From the NCBI GenBank assembly GCA_963750165.1, contig CAVVPN010000011.1, positions 1,984,001 to 2,048,000 of the forward strand: a stretch of DNA of 64,000 nucleotides. Reading direction: 5' to 3'. Under the pieces are notes generated by a model, which was not told the DNA's origin, did no database searches, and saw only the letters and a list, made by a program, of their open reading frames with translations. This document shows, in pieces, positions 19,055 through 30,173 of this stretch. The stretch's first letter is position 1. Each line of letters begins with the position of its first letter. A program made the translations under genes and the position numbers. The DNA is from an uncultured Gemmataceae bacterium (GTDB lineage: Bacteria > Planctomycetota > Planctomycetia > Gemmatales > Gemmataceae).

Positions 19055-22000
19055 TCACTTCCGCTGCGCCGCCAGCAGCGCTGCGCAGCGCTCCGCAATC
19101 GGCCGGTCGAGGAAGTCGTAGCGCTGCCCGGCCATGCGCAGGCTGTCCGCGAACAGCCCCTCCGCCTCGGCGGTCGCGCCCTGCTCCAGCGCCAGCAGGC
19201 CACGCCACAACCGCAGTTCCGCCACCAGCCGCACCACTCCTTGCTGCTGCGACCAGCGCAGGCGCGGCTGGAGCACCAACGCCAGGTCGAAGCGCGGTCG
19301 CGGCAGCGCCAGCCCTGGTGAGCCCAGCGGCGCCCCAACCAGCGCCGCCGCCCGCTCCACCGCGTACTCCTGCGCAATGCGCTCCTGCAACTGCGTCGCC
19401 GACGGCAGGTTCGCCGGCAGCTTCAACTCGGCCTCGAACTCCGCCAGCGCCTCCCGAGCCTTCTGATAATTGCCCAGTGCCGCCGCAGTGAGCGCCCGAT
19501 ACTGATGGTAGTCCGCTTTGAGGATGCTCTTGACGCCATCCAGGGCCAGCGACTCCTGCGCTTCCTGGGTCTGGCCGGTCGCCAGCAACAGCCAGAGCAG
19601 CCAGTAGACGTATTGCTGAGCGTTGTCGCGGTTCAACTCGCCTGGTCGGTTGATGGCCCGCAGCTGCTTCAACCCCAGCACCGCCAGACCGCGCGGCCGC
19701 GGCGGTTGCTTTCGGGCGGCGTCCTGGACCGGATCCAGAAACGCCAGCCGGAATTTCTCCAGCGGCGACTTCAGCTGCGCTTTCAACTCGTAGTCATCGG
19801 TGAGCTGCTTCACCAGGTTCGACAGGTTGCGGTGGACGGCGTCGAGTTCCTTGCGCAACTTCTCCGGCGACTCCCGTGTCGGCACCGCGGTCGCGGTACC
19901 CGCCAGCAGGTGCTTTTGCGCCGCCTCCAGCTGCTCCAGGGCCACATCGAAGTAGCCGACCTGCAGGTACACGTCCGATAGCCGTTTGCGCAGGTCGATG
20001 TTGCCCGGCTGCAGTCGGACGGCGTTGTGCAGGGCGGTGACGTATTGCAAAAAGCGCAGGTTGGCTCGCTGAAACACGCGGCCGCCCACCGGCCCCTGCA
20101 CCGGCCACGGATACACGTTCGGATACCGGCCCGGCACCAGCCATTTCGCCGTCTTGTCGCCGCGCGGCCCGTGGATCTGCCAGGACCGGAACACCCAGTA
20201 CTCTTCCTGCTGCTTCCACAGCAGCGCCGTGGACTCGGCCACCGCCACGTGGGCGCCCGCGTCCGTCGGGGCATCGACGGCGGCCCGCCGGGCAGCGCGC
20301 ACCGCCAGCAGCGGCAGCGCCGGCGGCCCGAAATCCTGGCCCTGCACGAACGGCCGCGTCTGCCAGCCGCCGAAGTTGTCCTTGCCGATCATTTCCAGCA
20401 AATACAGCCGATCCGAGCGCGCCAGCACCCACAGCGGCACGCCGCTCAGGTAGGCCGGCGTCACCGACGTGGTGCTGGCCGCAGCCGTCAGCGCTGCCAG
20501 CCCCCACGATCCGGGGTACGCCAGGCCCCAGCGGTTCAGGTTCACCTGGAAGATCAAATGATACACCGGCACCGCCGGCAGCGTCGTCGGCGGCGCCGGC
20601 GCGCCTTGCAGGTAGTGCTGCCACCAATCGGGCCGCTGCGGCGGCTCCGCCAGCCCCTCCGGCGGCGCCTGCTGTTCCTGCGGCACCGGCCCGAAGGCCA
20701 GGCGATTGAAGTCCCAGTGCTGCCCCGCGAAGGTGTCTCCGGCTGGCCGTTTTGCCGGATCGTTCCAGCCGAAAATGGTGGTGTGGCCGTCGGTGTACAG
20801 CAGCGGCCACTGACCTCGGGCGTCGTTCAGGAACAGGTGCAGCGCCCGGTTCGCTTCGAGGTCGTTGCCCAGGATGATGAAGTTGATGTCGTACTTGCGG
20901 AAGATCTCGTGGACCTTGCGCACATACGACCGCTCCGGCGGCGGCGGCTTTCTGGCACTGTAGGCCTCGAACTCTTCCAGCAGCGCGCGTCGCACCGCGG
21001 CGTAGTCGGTGGCGTGGCCGGCAAACAGGCCGAAGCGCTGGTCGATGAAACTTTTGGCCGTGGGGCCGCAGTGCCAGGCCCAGCGGTTGGCCACGTTGTA
21101 ATTGAAGTTGAAACCGTTGCGGAGCTGACCGGACTGCCGCAACTCCTCCAGGCGGCGGGCCGCTTCCGGCCAGAGGGGATCGTCCACGGCGTGGAAGGCG
21201 ACGCGGTGGCTGGCCGGGCCGTCGGGCTGAGCGTTCAGCCAGCCGGGCCAGGCCGCGAACAGCAGCAGCAGCGCCCCCAGCATCGCCAGGGCGCGGAGGC
21301 CGAGCAGCCGGCCCGGCCACGGCGGCACGACCCGCACCGTCGTGCCGAAGCGGTGGGCCAGCACGTCCTGCAGGTTGAGCACCGTCACCGGCGCCGCCAC
21401 CACGGCGAAGAACGCGATCATGCGAATCTGCAGCGCCGCCAGCACCGCGAAGGGCAGCCAGAGCAGCAGCAAGGGCAGCGACACGCCGCGGCCGAACGCC
21501 CCCTGGCCTTTGAGGTACAGCCCGGTCAGCACAAACGAACCGAGGCTCAGTGCGAACAGCACGTAAAAGGCCACACCGGCGGCATTGCGGCCGATCCCCT
21601 GCGCGTACGTCTCGCTGAACGGCGTCGAGAAGGTGCTGAACACCACGCGCTGCTGTTCGAGGACCGTACGCACCGCCTGGCCGTCGGCAGTCAGTCCGCC
21701 CGGCAGCACCGGGGCGAGCAGGTAGCCCAGCTCGGTCGGCAGCTCGAAGACACCGAACAGGTATGGGTTGACCAGACACGCCGCCAGGCCGATGCCCAGT
21801 ACCAGGCCGAGCTTCCGCAGACGCGGCTTCGCCTCCGCGGCCAGGCGGCTCTGCACTGCTTCGCCGATCAGCAGCAGCAGCACCAGGAACGGGCCGAGGA
21901 TGAACCAGGCGTCGAGGTTGGCCCAGAGGGCGAACAGTGGCGGCAGCAGCCAGAGGCGGCGGGCGGCGGGCGGCGCTGGCCCGAGCAGCAGGTAGAGCGT

Positions 22001-22611
22001 GACGGCCAGCAGCACGAAGGAAACAGACAATGGAGCCACCTCGAAGCGCGGGCTGACGGCCAGGACGGCGCCGGTGGCGCTGACCGTTGGCAGCAGCAGG
22101 CCCGGGCCGCGGCGGCGGATGGCGATCAGGAAGCCGGCCAGCGCCGCCAGGCCGAGCGCCTTGACGACCACGACCGAGACATCCGCACCGATCTGGTAAA
22201 GGCCGTGGAGCAGCAGGTCGAACAGCCAGGCGTGGTTGACCCAGGAGGTGCCGGCGGGGACGTTGGCGAAGATGGCGTCGCCGGGATGGTAGTCGCCCTC
22301 GGTGAAGGCGCGGCCGACGGCCAGGTGCATCCAGAAGTCGCTGTTGGTGATGGCGAAGGCGCCGACCAGGAAGGCCAGGACGAGGACCAGACCGATGAGG
22401 ACGCCATCCAGGCGGCCGAGGGCGGCGCCGAGGGTTTCGGCCGTCCACGGCTGGCGCGGGCGTTTTTTCTTCTTGTCGGCGGGCGTGCCGCTCTGGATGG
22501 CCGTGTTCGGCGCGGCCGGCGCGGCGGGGGGGCCGGGCTGGATCGCCGTGGACGGCGCGGCGCGGGCTGTTCGGGGGGGGCTGCTTCCGAGGGGTCGCGC
22601 GCTGCGGTCAT
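19055..22611 (-). CDS. Large polytopic membrane protein with C-terminal TPR-like region (possible GT-C-type glycosyltransferase); frameshift near 22560
   Basis: DFWMHLAVG, WVNHAWLF, WANLDAWF, VNPY and FIDQR motifs. The frame is open upstream of 22330 to about 22560, and the likely ATG at 22611 is in another frame. Confidence 0.7.
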
Positions 22612-22843
22612 CGTCGCCTCAAGGGGTTAGGGACGCGAAAGGGCGTTTTCGTTCACGGTAGAAACTGCTTCCGTCCGGGTCAACCTGAAACCTTTGGGGG
22701 GCTGCGGCGTCTAACTTGTCAGAAGTCAGGGGGAAGGGAGTCCTTATCCCTGTTCCCCAAACCTGGGCGTTGCGTAAAATGAGTGCATCCCGGCTCGGTC
22801 CGTTGGCAGGCGTGTCGGGGCGGTCTGATCCAAGGAGATACTC

Positions 22844-24472
22844 ATGTTCACACCTTCCGCAGGAGCGACCAGTTGGCGGCGCGTCCCGCCAGCCTACTGG
22901 TCGTTGCTGCTGTGCGCCGTGGTCTTCGGCGGCCTGCTGTACTGTCTGTTCCAGCCCGGCGTGGCGCCCGCGGCCCAGGACAAAAAAGTTCCCGCCCCGG
23001 AGCTGGACGGCGGCACCGCCTGGCTCAACACCGCGTCGCCACTCAAGCTCAAGGATCTGCGCGGCCGCATCGTCTTGCTCGACTTCTGGACGCTGTGCTG
23101 CATCAACTGCATCCATACGCTGCCCGATCTCGCCAGGTTGGAAGCCAAGTATCCCGGCGTCCTGGTGGTCATCGGCGTCCACACGCCGAAGTTCCCCAAC
23201 GAGAAGAAGACCGAGAGCATCCGCAAGGCCATCCTGCGCTACCAGGTCTCGCACCCGGTCGTCAACGACGCTGACCTCATCCTCTGGCGCCGCTACGGCG
23301 TCAACTCGTGGCCGACCCTGGTGCTGATCGACCCGGAGGGCAACTACTACGGCCGCATCGCCGGGGAAGGAGGGTACGAGATCCTCGACGAACACATAGG
23401 AAAACTGGTCAAGGAGTACCGAGCGAAGAAGATGCTGAACGAGCGACCGCTCAAGTTCGAGCTGGCGCGGTTCAGCGAGGCGGGCACGAGTCCGCTGTTC
23501 TTCCCCGGCAAGGTGCTCGCCGACGCCAAGTCCAACCGCCTGTTCATTGCCGACAGCACGCACCACCGCGTCGTCATCACCGACCTGGAAGGCCGGCACA
23601 TCGCCACGGCCGGCTGCGGCGTGGAGGGGTTGCGCGACGGCGCCTTCGCCGCGGCGAAGTTCAGCGACCCGCAGGGCATGGCCTTGGTGGGCGAGACGCT
23701 GTACGTGGCCGACCGCAAGAACCACGCCATCCGGGCGTTAAACCTGAAGGCGAAAACGGTGACGCTGGTGGCCGGCACCGGCCATCAGGACCGCGGCGGC
23801 CGCGGCAAGGCCGGACCGGGGCTGAAGATCGGCCTGAACAGTCCGTGGGACCTGCTGGCGCGCGGCAACAAATTGTTCATCGCCATGGCCGGCCACCATC
23901 AGATCTGGACGTTCGACCTGAAAACCCACCGGGTCGCTCCGTATGCCGGCGACGGCGACGAGAACCTGCACGACGGCAGCCTGGCTGAGTCGAAGTTCGC
24001 GCAGCCGAGTGGCCTGGCGACGGACGGCTTTTTGCTGTATGTGGCGGACAGCGAGATCAGCGCCATCCGGTCGCTGCCGATGGGCGGCAACGGCACGGTG
24101 AAAACGGTGGTGGGCGAAGGACTGTTCGAATTCGGCGACGTGAACGGCGTCGGCTCGAAGGTCCGGTTACAGCACGCGCTGGGCGTGGCAGCCCACCAGG
24201 GCAAGCTGTATGTCGCGGACACCTACAACAGCAAGATCAAGGTGATCGACCCGCTGCGGCGGAGTTGTGCGACCTTCGTGGGCGAGCCGGGCGGCTGGCT
24301 CTCGAGTGCGACGTTCAACGAACCGGGCGGCCTGAGCTTCGCCGGGGACAAACTGTATGTGGCCGACACCAACGGCCACCGCATCCGCGTCGTGGACATG
24401 AACACGCGTGCGGTCACCACGCTGCAACTGCAGGGCGTCACGGCGCCGCAGACGCCGAAGATGGAGAAGTAA
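22844..24472 (+). CDS. Thioredoxin-like + NHL repeat protein (NHLRC2/SOQ1-like)
   Basis: DFWTLCCINC, VNSWPTLVLID, several NHL repeats (LYVAD...), LQHALGV. Confidence 0.9.
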   Translation: MFTPSAGATSWRRVPPAYWSLLLCAVVFGGLLYCLFQPGVAPAAQDKKVPAPELDGGTAWLNTASPLKLKDLRGRIVLLDFWTLCCINCIHTLPDLARLEAKYPGVLVVIGVHTPKFPNEKKTESIRKAILRYQVSHPVVNDADLILWRRYGVNSWPTLVLIDPEGNYYGRIAGEGGYEILDEHIGKLVKEYRAKKMLNERPLKFELARFSEAGTSPLFFPGKVLADAKSNRLFIADSTHHRVVITDLEGRHIATAGCGVEGLRDGAFAAAKFSDPQGMALVGETLYVADRKNHAIRALNLKAKTVTLVAGTGHQDRGGRGKAGPGLKIGLNSPWDLLARGNKLFIAMAGHHQIWTFDLKTHRVAPYAGDGDENLHDGSLAESKFAQPSGLATDGFLLYVADSEISAIRSLPMGGNGTVKTVVGEGLFEFGDVNGVGSKVRLQHALGVAAHQGKLYVADTYNSKIKVIDPLRRSCATFVGEPGGWLSSATFNEPGGLSFAGDKLYVADTNGHRIRVVDMNTRAVTTLQLQGVTAPQTPKMEK

Positions 24473-24544
24473 GGTCGTCGGGCGCGCCGTGCGAAGCCCG
24501 CCCGGCGCGCCCGGCGGATTCTGACTCAGGGTAAGGTTACCGCA

Positions 24545-26719
24545 ATGAAACAGCGCGTTCCTGGTTGGCGTGTCCTCGTCGCGTTGTCGTTCCTGGTGCT
24601 GGGGGCCAACTTCGGTCCCCCAAGGGCTTCGGCGCAAGAAAAACTCAGTGCGGCCAGCAAAGAGCTGACAAATCGCATCGTCTTCCAGGTCCGGGCCGAG
24701 CCGACCGACCCGTTTGACCCGCGCCTGCGCGGGCGCCGAGCCCCAGAAAGTGTTTCAGGTCCAGCCTGGTCAGACGTTCCGGCTGGTCATTACCGGAACC
24801 CCCCAGCGGGATTTTTACACCTACGCCATGTTCCCCGGGCCCGGCATGAAAGAAGGCAAGCGGCCCAACTTGCGCTACCAGGTGCCGGCCGACGCGCCGC
24901 TGCAACCCTTGAAGCCCGTCGCCGAGAGCTCGGCCAAGGCCAAGAAAACGCCCGAGGAAACCGTCTACGTTCACACCAGGCCGTTCACCTGGTCGCACGA
25001 GGTGTTGGTGCTGTCCAACGCCAAGCCCGGCGAATACAGCCTGGCGATTCCCATCCGCCTGATGGCGTGCAACGAGGACAATTGTGTCGGCCCGGATTGG
25101 TATCCGCCGCTCAAGTTAAGCGTGCAAGTGGTCGATCCACGTCAGGAGATCGCGGCGGGCGTCACCGGGTTGGTAGCGGCGCCGTGGCCGGGGCCGCTGC
25201 TGGCGGCCGTCACCCCCTTCCCCGTCGAGAAGGTGGGCAAGGCGAAACTGTCCCCTGAACTGGCCCGCCGCCTGCGCGACTCGAACCCCTGGATGTCGTC
25301 CGTGGCCCCGGACCTGGACATCCAACCGCCGGTGACGGGCGAAGGGGACCTGGGCAGTCTGCTCCTTGGCGCGTTCGTCGGCGCCTTTCTGATGCTGCTG
25401 ACGCCCTGCGTTTTCCCCATGATTCCGATCACGGTCAATTTCTTCCTCAAACAATCCGAACGCGAACATCATAACGCCCTGTTGATGGCCTGCGTGTATT
25501 CCGGCACGATCATCGTCTTGTTGACGGCGGTGATGCTGTCGCTGGGCAGTGTGGTGATCGCCCTGGCCAACAACGCCTGGTTCAACCTGGTCATGGGGGG
25601 CGTGCTGGTCTTCTTCGCGCTGAGCCTGTTCGGCATGTATGAACTCCAGTTGCCATCCGGGTTGGCGCGGTTCACGTCGTCGCGCGAGGGCCGAGGGGGG
25701 TATCTTGCGCACTGTTCATGGCGCTAACGTTCACGATCACCAGTTTCACCTGTACCGGCCCGTTCCTGGGCGCCATGCTGGGCGGCCTGGCGGCGAGTTC
25801 CGTCGGCGTGAAACTGCCGCTCGGTCACTTGATCCTGGGTTCGCTGGTCTACTCGGCGACCTTCGCCGCGCCGTTTTTCTTCCTGGCGCTGTTCCCAAGC
25901 CTGCTGCGGAAGATGCCCAAGAGTGGCGGTTGGATGAACGCCATCAAGGTGACGATGGCCTTCGTCGAACTGGCGGCGGCGTTGAAGTTCCTGTCCATCG
26001 CCGACGCCGTGCTCAACCCGGGCAACCCGCGGCTGTTCAACTACGACACGGTGTTGTGTGCCTGGATCGCCCTGGCAGTGGCCTGCGGCCTGTACCTGTT
26101 CGGCGCCTTTCGCTTGCCGCACGACCACGGTGAGGAGCACATTGGCGTGCTGCGCATGATCTTCGCGGTGCTGTTCCTCGGTCTGGCCATCTACATGACG
26201 CCGGCGCTGTTCGGGGCCAAGCCGCTGGGCGTGGTTGGGGAAAACATTGTAGCCTTCTTACCGCTCAAGTCTCCCGACCACATCCTCGAATATGAAACCG
26301 CCTGGGAAGAAGCGAAAAAGGAGAAGAAACTGATTTTCATCGACTTCACCGGGGTCAATTGTCAGAATTGCCGGGATAATGAAACGAATGTGTTCACGGA
26401 CCCGCGCGTCAAATCGCTGCTGAAGAAATACGTGGTCGTGCAGTTGTACACGGACAGCGTGCCGATCAAGGGATTGGACCCGGCCGAGGCGGAAAAACTG
26501 GCCGAGCGCAACGCACGCTTCCGGGACGCGATCGGCAACCCGACGAACCCGACGTACTTCATCTTTGAACCGGGCGACACGCCGTTCACCGCGGACGATA
26601 AGCTCAACGGCCGGCCGCTGGGCTCGCGCAACGGCAAAATCTTCGATGTGAATGATTTCGTGCGCTTTTTGCAGCGCCGCTCGGGGAACGGCGGTGCCGT
26701 CGTGGCCGAGGCGAAGTGA
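24545..26719 (+). CDS. DsbD-like thiol:disulfide interchange protein; frameshifts near 24730 and 25705
   Basis: Signal peptide, ACNEDNC (alpha domain), LTPCVFPMIP and SFTCTGP (beta), DFTGVNCQNC (gamma), spread over three ORFs. Confidence 0.82.
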
Positions 26720-26726
26720 AATCAAC

Positions 26727-26805
26727 GAGGATCCACAGATGACACAGATAACACAGATGAAGACATAATCAATCATGTCTTCATCTGTGTTATCTGTGGA
26801 TCCTC
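26727..26805. mobile_element. Gene-less 9-bp-unit hairpin element (CACAGATRA units)
   Basis: Left arm 26727-26766 GAGGATCCACAGATGACACAGATAACACAGATGAAGACAT; right arm 26775-26805 is its reverse complement minus one 9-bp unit. Confidence 0.75.
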
Positions 26806-26810
26806 TTCCG

Positions 26811-28043
26811 TTACTTCGCCGCGATGTCCAGGCAGTAGATGCGCTCCAGGTTGCGCAGGTACAGCCGGCGGTTCGAGAGCGTCGGCACCGTGCGGTTCTC
26901 ACCAAGCAGCTTGAACCGCCCCTTTTCCTGGTAGCCCTTGGGGCTGGCGGCGACGAGCACCACGTCGCCGGTCTTGGTGGTCATGAACAGGTGGCCCTGC
27001 GCCAGCGTCAGTGTCCCCAGGCCGAAATTCTCCTTCTTCCACACCAGCTTGCCGTCCTTGAAGTTCACGCAGTTCAAGCTGATGCGCGCGTTGTACTCGC
27101 CCGACAGCCCATACAGGTAGCCGTCGTGGTAGACCGCGTTCGCCCAGTACGTCATCAGCACGCTTTTGGTGCCCTTGCTCTCCCACACCAGCTTCGGCGG
27201 CCCCGCGGTCAGTTCGTACACCGCACAGCCGGCCTCCTCACCGGTGCCCACGAACATCTTGTTGCCGACGATCAGCGGCGTGCAGATGTTGACCTCGTAC
27301 TCGATCTTCCACGGGATGCGCCACAGTTCCTTACCGTCCTTCGCCGTGACGCCCAGCAGCCCCTCCGCCGTGAAGAAGATCACCTGCCGCTGGCCGTCCA
27401 CTGTCACCGCCACCGGCGACGCATAGGACCCATTATCCTTCGCGGTGTGCCAGGCGACCGTGCCGTCCTTCTTGTTCAGCGCCGCCACGCCGCCTGCCTG
27501 GCCGGGCAGCACAAAGACCAGATCGCCATCGACCAGCGGCGACGCGCACAGGCCCCATTCGAGGTTCTTCGTCTTGAACTCCTTGAGGATGTCCCGACTC
27601 CAGACGACCGTGCCCTTCTCGGCATCGAGGCACACAACCGGGCCGTTGACGGACTGCGCGTAAACGAACTTGCCCTCGATGGTCGGCGTGCTGCGCGGGC
27701 CGTTGCCGAACTTGTTCTTGTAGTCGGCGGAGATGGGCGTTTTCCACAGTTGCTTGCCGCTGGTGGCGTCCAGGGCGAGCACCCATTCCTTCTTGTCGGC
27801 CTGCACCAGCGTGATGGCACGCTTGCCGGCGACCGCGATGGAGGAGTAGCCGTCGCCGCCGGGCACCTTCCAGAGAACTTTCGGGCCTTCGGTCGGCCAA
27901 TCGACCAGCAGGCCGGTCTCGGGCGACGAACCGTTGAAGTTGGGGCCGAGCCAGTGCGGCCAGTCGGCGGCCGGTGCGGGCGGGGCCGTCAAGCAGGCCG
28001 CCAGCAGCAGCAGGGCCAGGGAGCGTCGTGCGCGCGGGGTCAT
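26811..28043 (-). CDS. PQQ-binding-like beta-propeller protein
   Basis: ADWPHWLGPN, GYSSIAV, GPRSTPT, ASPLVDG, SYASP. Confidence 0.9.
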   Translation of the reverse strand: MTPRARRSLALLLLAACLTAPPAPAADWPHWLGPNFNGSSPETGLLVDWPTEGPKVLWKVPGGDGYSSIAVAGKRAITLVQADKKEWVLALDATSGKQLWKTPISADYKNKFGNGPRSTPTIEGKFVYAQSVNGPVVCLDAEKGTVVWSRDILKEFKTKNLEWGLCASPLVDGDLVFVLPGQAGGVAALNKKDGTVAWHTAKDNGSYASPVAVTVDGQRQVIFFTAEGLLGVTAKDGKELWRIPWKIEYEVNICTPLIVGNKMFVGTGEEAGCAVYELTAGPPKLVWESKGTKSVLMTYWANAVYHDGYLYGLSGEYNARISLNCVNFKDGKLVWKKENFGLGTLTLAQGHLFMTTKTGDVVLVAASPKGYQEKGRFKLLGENRTVPTLSNRRLYLRNLERIYCLDIAAK

Positions 28044-28061
28044 CGTCGGTTCTCCTTGCTT

Positions 28062-28122
28062 CCGTGGTGCAGGCGGCCCGCCTGCACAAGAAGGTGGCGC
28101 AGGTGGGCCGCCTGCACCGCGG
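28062..28122. repeat. REP doublet, same family as 12602
   Basis: CCGTGGTGCAGGCGGCCCGCCTGC...GCAGGTGGGCCGCCTGCACCGCGG. Confidence 0.75.
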
Positions 28123-28215
28123 GGGTCGTCCGACCGGATTGTAGTCGGCGGCCGTGGGGTTCGTATACCAAAAACCGGGACGATTTCGCCGCCGCATTCC
28201 AACCCCCGGGCCACC

Positions 28216-29310
28216 ATGACGACGAAAACCACCTTTGACATTGCCGTACTGCCCGGCGACGGTATCGGCGTCGATGTCACCGCCGAGGCGGTGCGCGTGC
28301 TGCAGGCGCTGCAGCGCGATGCCGGCTTCCGGCTACAGCTGACGCCGCACGAGTGCGGCGCCGACTGCTACCAGCGCACCGGCGAAGACCTGCCAGCCAC
28401 GACGCTGGCCGCCGCCCGCGCCGCGGACGCCGTGCTGCTCGGGGCGATGGGCCACCCCGACATCCGCAAACCCGACGGCACCGAACTGGTGCCGCAGGTG
28501 ACGCTGCGCGTGCTGCTCGACCTGTATGCGGGGGTACGGCCCTGCCGGTTCTACCCGGGGGCGCGAACGCCGCTGAAAAACGTCGGCCCCGGCGGCATCG
28601 ACTTCGTGATCGTCCGCGAGCAGACCGAGGGGCTGTTCGCCTCCCAGAACGCGGGCATTGTACTGCACGATGAGGTGGCGACCGACACACTGGTGATGAC
28701 GCGGCGCGGCGTGCGGCGGGTGTGTGACTTCGCGTTCCGCCTGGCCCGACAGCGGCAGCGCCCCGAGCCGAAGGTGACCTGCGTGGACAAGGCGAACATC
28801 TTCCGCAGCTTCGCGTTCTTCCGCAAGGTCTTCGACGAGGTGGGCGCGAACTACCCGGACGTGCGCCGCGAGCACACCTACATCGACGCGCAGGCGCTGT
28901 TCCTGGTGCAGCGGCCGGAGCGCTGCGATGTGCTCGTCAGCGAAAATATGTTCGGCGACATCCTCTCGGACCTGGGCGCCGGGCTGGTCGGCGGCATGGG
29001 CATGGCACCGTCGGCGGACATTGGCGATCGACACGCCGTCTTTCAGCCGGCGCACGGCACGGCGCCGGACATCGCGGGCAAGGGCATCGCCAACCCAATC
29101 GCTGCAATCCTGTCGATGGCGCTGCTGCTGGACTGGCTGGGGCAGCGGCACGGCAACGCGGAGTTGACGGCGGCAGCGCGGCGCGTGGAGGCGGCGGTCG
29201 GCCGCGTGCTGGGCGAGGGCAAGCTGCTGCCAGTGGACCAGGGCGGCTCGGCGACGACGGCGGAGGTCGGCACCGCGGTGGCGCTGGCCTGCGCCACGGC
29301 CTCCGCTTAG
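28216..29310 (+). CDS. Isocitrate/isopropylmalate/tartrate dehydrogenase family protein (LeuB-like)
   Basis: LPGDGIG, VDKANI, ENMFGDILSDLGA, HGTAPDIAGKGIANP. Confidence 0.92.
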   Translation: MTTKTTFDIAVLPGDGIGVDVTAEAVRVLQALQRDAGFRLQLTPHECGADCYQRTGEDLPATTLAAARAADAVLLGAMGHPDIRKPDGTELVPQVTLRVLLDLYAGVRPCRFYPGARTPLKNVGPGGIDFVIVREQTEGLFASQNAGIVLHDEVATDTLVMTRRGVRRVCDFAFRLARQRQRPEPKVTCVDKANIFRSFAFFRKVFDEVGANYPDVRREHTYIDAQALFLVQRPERCDVLVSENMFGDILSDLGAGLVGGMGMAPSADIGDRHAVFQPAHGTAPDIAGKGIANPIAAILSMALLLDWLGQRHGNAELTAAARRVEAAVGRVLGEGKLLPVDQGGSATTAEVGTAVALACATASA

Positions 29311-29397
29311 GTTTTCCGCCAAACTGGCCTTTTCGCAAATCGGTCCAGGGATTATGAGGGGCGCCGGATCTCGCCCGGCTCAGCGCAAGGAAGCGTC

Positions 29398-30171
29398 ATG
29401 GCGGAGCAGGAGCGGCCGCAGCGCCTGCGGTTTTCCCATCATCGGCGGACCATTCTCGACCTGTTGCACTTCAGCCGTCAAGTGCCCCTGCAACCGCTGA
29501 CCCGCGTGTGTCAGCTCGGGGCCGTGGCGGCGCTGCGGGCGCGCACCTCGCCGCGGATTTCCTGGACTGCCCTGCTCATGAAGGCCCACGGCCTGGTGGC
29601 GCGGCAGGTGCCGCAATTGCGGCAAGCCTTCCTCCACTGGCCCTGGCCCACGCTGTACCAGCACCCCGTCAGCGTCTGCACACTGACCGTCAACCGGGAA
29701 GTGGACGGCGTGGCCTGCCTGTTCTTTCCGCAGTTCTTCGCGCCGGAGACGATGCCCCTGGAACGGTTGCAGCGGCACATTGACGAGTTCGCCAACCTGC
29801 CGCTACGTGAGGTGGGTTACTACCGCCGTCAGCTGCGCTTCAGCCGGCTGCCGACGCCGCTGCGCCGTCTGGCCTGGTGGCTGACGTTGAACCTGTCCGG
29901 GTACAAGCGTGCCAAGCGTTTCGGCACCTTCGGCCTGACCTCGATAGCGGGGCAGGGCGCGATCACTCCAACCGCCTATTCCCCGCTGACCACCACGCTG
30001 ACCAACGGACCACTGGACGAGGCCGGTCGCTGTCCCCTCACGCTGGTGTATGACCACCGCGTCCTGGACGGGCTGCTGGTCAGCCGCTGCCTGGCCGGCA
30101 TTGAGGACGCCCTGCGCGGTGTCCTGGCCGAGGAGCTGACGGCGCTGGCCGACCGGAGCGCAGCCGCATAA
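29398..30171 (+). CDS. Stand-alone 2-oxoacid dehydrogenase acyltransferase-like (CAT-fold) protein
   Basis: C-terminal catalytic motif LTLVYDHRVLDG; no lipoyl domain. Confidence 0.75.
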   Translation: MAEQERPQRLRFSHHRRTILDLLHFSRQVPLQPLTRVCQLGAVAALRARTSPRISWTALLMKAHGLVARQVPQLRQAFLHWPWPTLYQHPVSVCTLTVNREVDGVACLFFPQFFAPETMPLERLQRHIDEFANLPLREVGYYRRQLRFSRLPTPLRRLAWWLTLNLSGYKRAKRFGTFGLTSIAGQGAITPTAYSPLTTTLTNGPLDEAGRCPLTLVYDHRVLDGLLVSRCLAGIEDALRGVLAEELTALADRSAAA

Positions 30172-30173
30172 CC

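Noticed and set aside
452..22630. Long antisense or alternative-frame ORFs (e.g. 452-2278, 5020-7308, 11386-13578, 20027-22630)
   Set aside because: They are shadows of real genes, caused by stop-codon scarcity in high-GC DNA; Arg/Ala/Gly-rich with no motifs.
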